Shown: in pieces, positions 63,370 through 64,000 of the stretch
Layout of the letters: every line of letters starts with the position of its first letter
How positions within the stretch are numbered: the first letter of the stretch is position 1
Origin: Paraphysomonas bandaiensis
Lineage: Eukaryota > Protista > Chrysophyceae
Reading direction: 5' to 3'
NCBI GenBank assembly: GCA_965644295.1
Contig: CBFFRP010000281.1
Location: 186,001 to 250,000, forward strand
DNA length: 64,000 nt
Notes under the pieces: model-generated
The model's input: only the letters and a program-made list of their open reading frames with translations
Databases searched by the model: none
Told to the model about the DNA's origin: nothing
Made by a program: the position numbers and the translations under genes

Positions 63370-63878
63370 GTGCATACTATTATCACTTTAATTGCACAAT
63401 ATATATAGCATAATACTGCAGAACTCGACACTTTCACATGTTCCTTATATAGTAAGATAATATATATTATATTATATATAGAATATAGAATGAGGCGGTT
63501 AAAATTTAAAAATATATATATGCGTGTCGTCGTTGTGCGTGTAACAAAACATGTAGTATTTAGTGATAGTACTGCTGGGCTCCAGCTACAGTAAAATTTT
63601 CTAATTTTGGCGTACCTACCCCCTTATGTCATAAACATAGAAATAAGCATTTTAATAGAAAGAAATAGAGTTTTTGTATTACAAGACGTATTGGCTCAGT
63701 ATAAAAAGCAAGTCAAGTGATAACGTAGGCATCCCACAGATTGCGTTTTTATAATGTGAAGTGTTAAAACTGGTTGGATCAATGATTATATTATTCAGAT
63801 ACTTACTCCCAATGAAGCTACATTACTTATTTGATAAATCCCGTTATAAATAACATTTTACTCTTACCACACCCACTA

Positions 63879-63998
<120 letters not shown>

Positions 63999-64000
63999 GG

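Overview
Eukaryotic nuclear DNA from a flagellated stramenopile, probably an ochrophyte such as a chrysophyte. The evidence is a SIG/Ocm-type mastigoneme gene, RSP3, and short (~40-60 nt) GT-AG introns. I count 18 protein-coding genes: RPC1 (partial), PA200/Blm10, histone H1, a GtrA-like protein, a mastigoneme protein, an unknown small protein, a Tudor-WH2-kinase, a WW-WH2 protein, a glycosyltransferase, an F-box/LRR protein, a PMCA-type Ca2+-ATPase, an ankyrin-LRR protein, an RRM SR-like protein, STPG1-like, COMMD6, RSP3, a single-pass membrane protein and a TerD-EF-WD40 protein. All 18 form nine strictly alternating head-to-head pairs. Every transposon I could classify lies in a tail-to-tail gap: hAT, CACTA, MULE-like and 3-bp-TSD MITEs, plus LINE and SINE-like relics. 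The best candidate for a new system is a LINE 3'-end module. It combines a synonymously conserved C-terminal PKGRPPD-stop peptide (possible ribosome-stall signal) with a covarying CNNG/GNRA double RNA hairpin just downstream, and a SINE-like family shares that hairpin. Exon boundaries were read by eye, and all family assignments come from motif recognition, not database searches.
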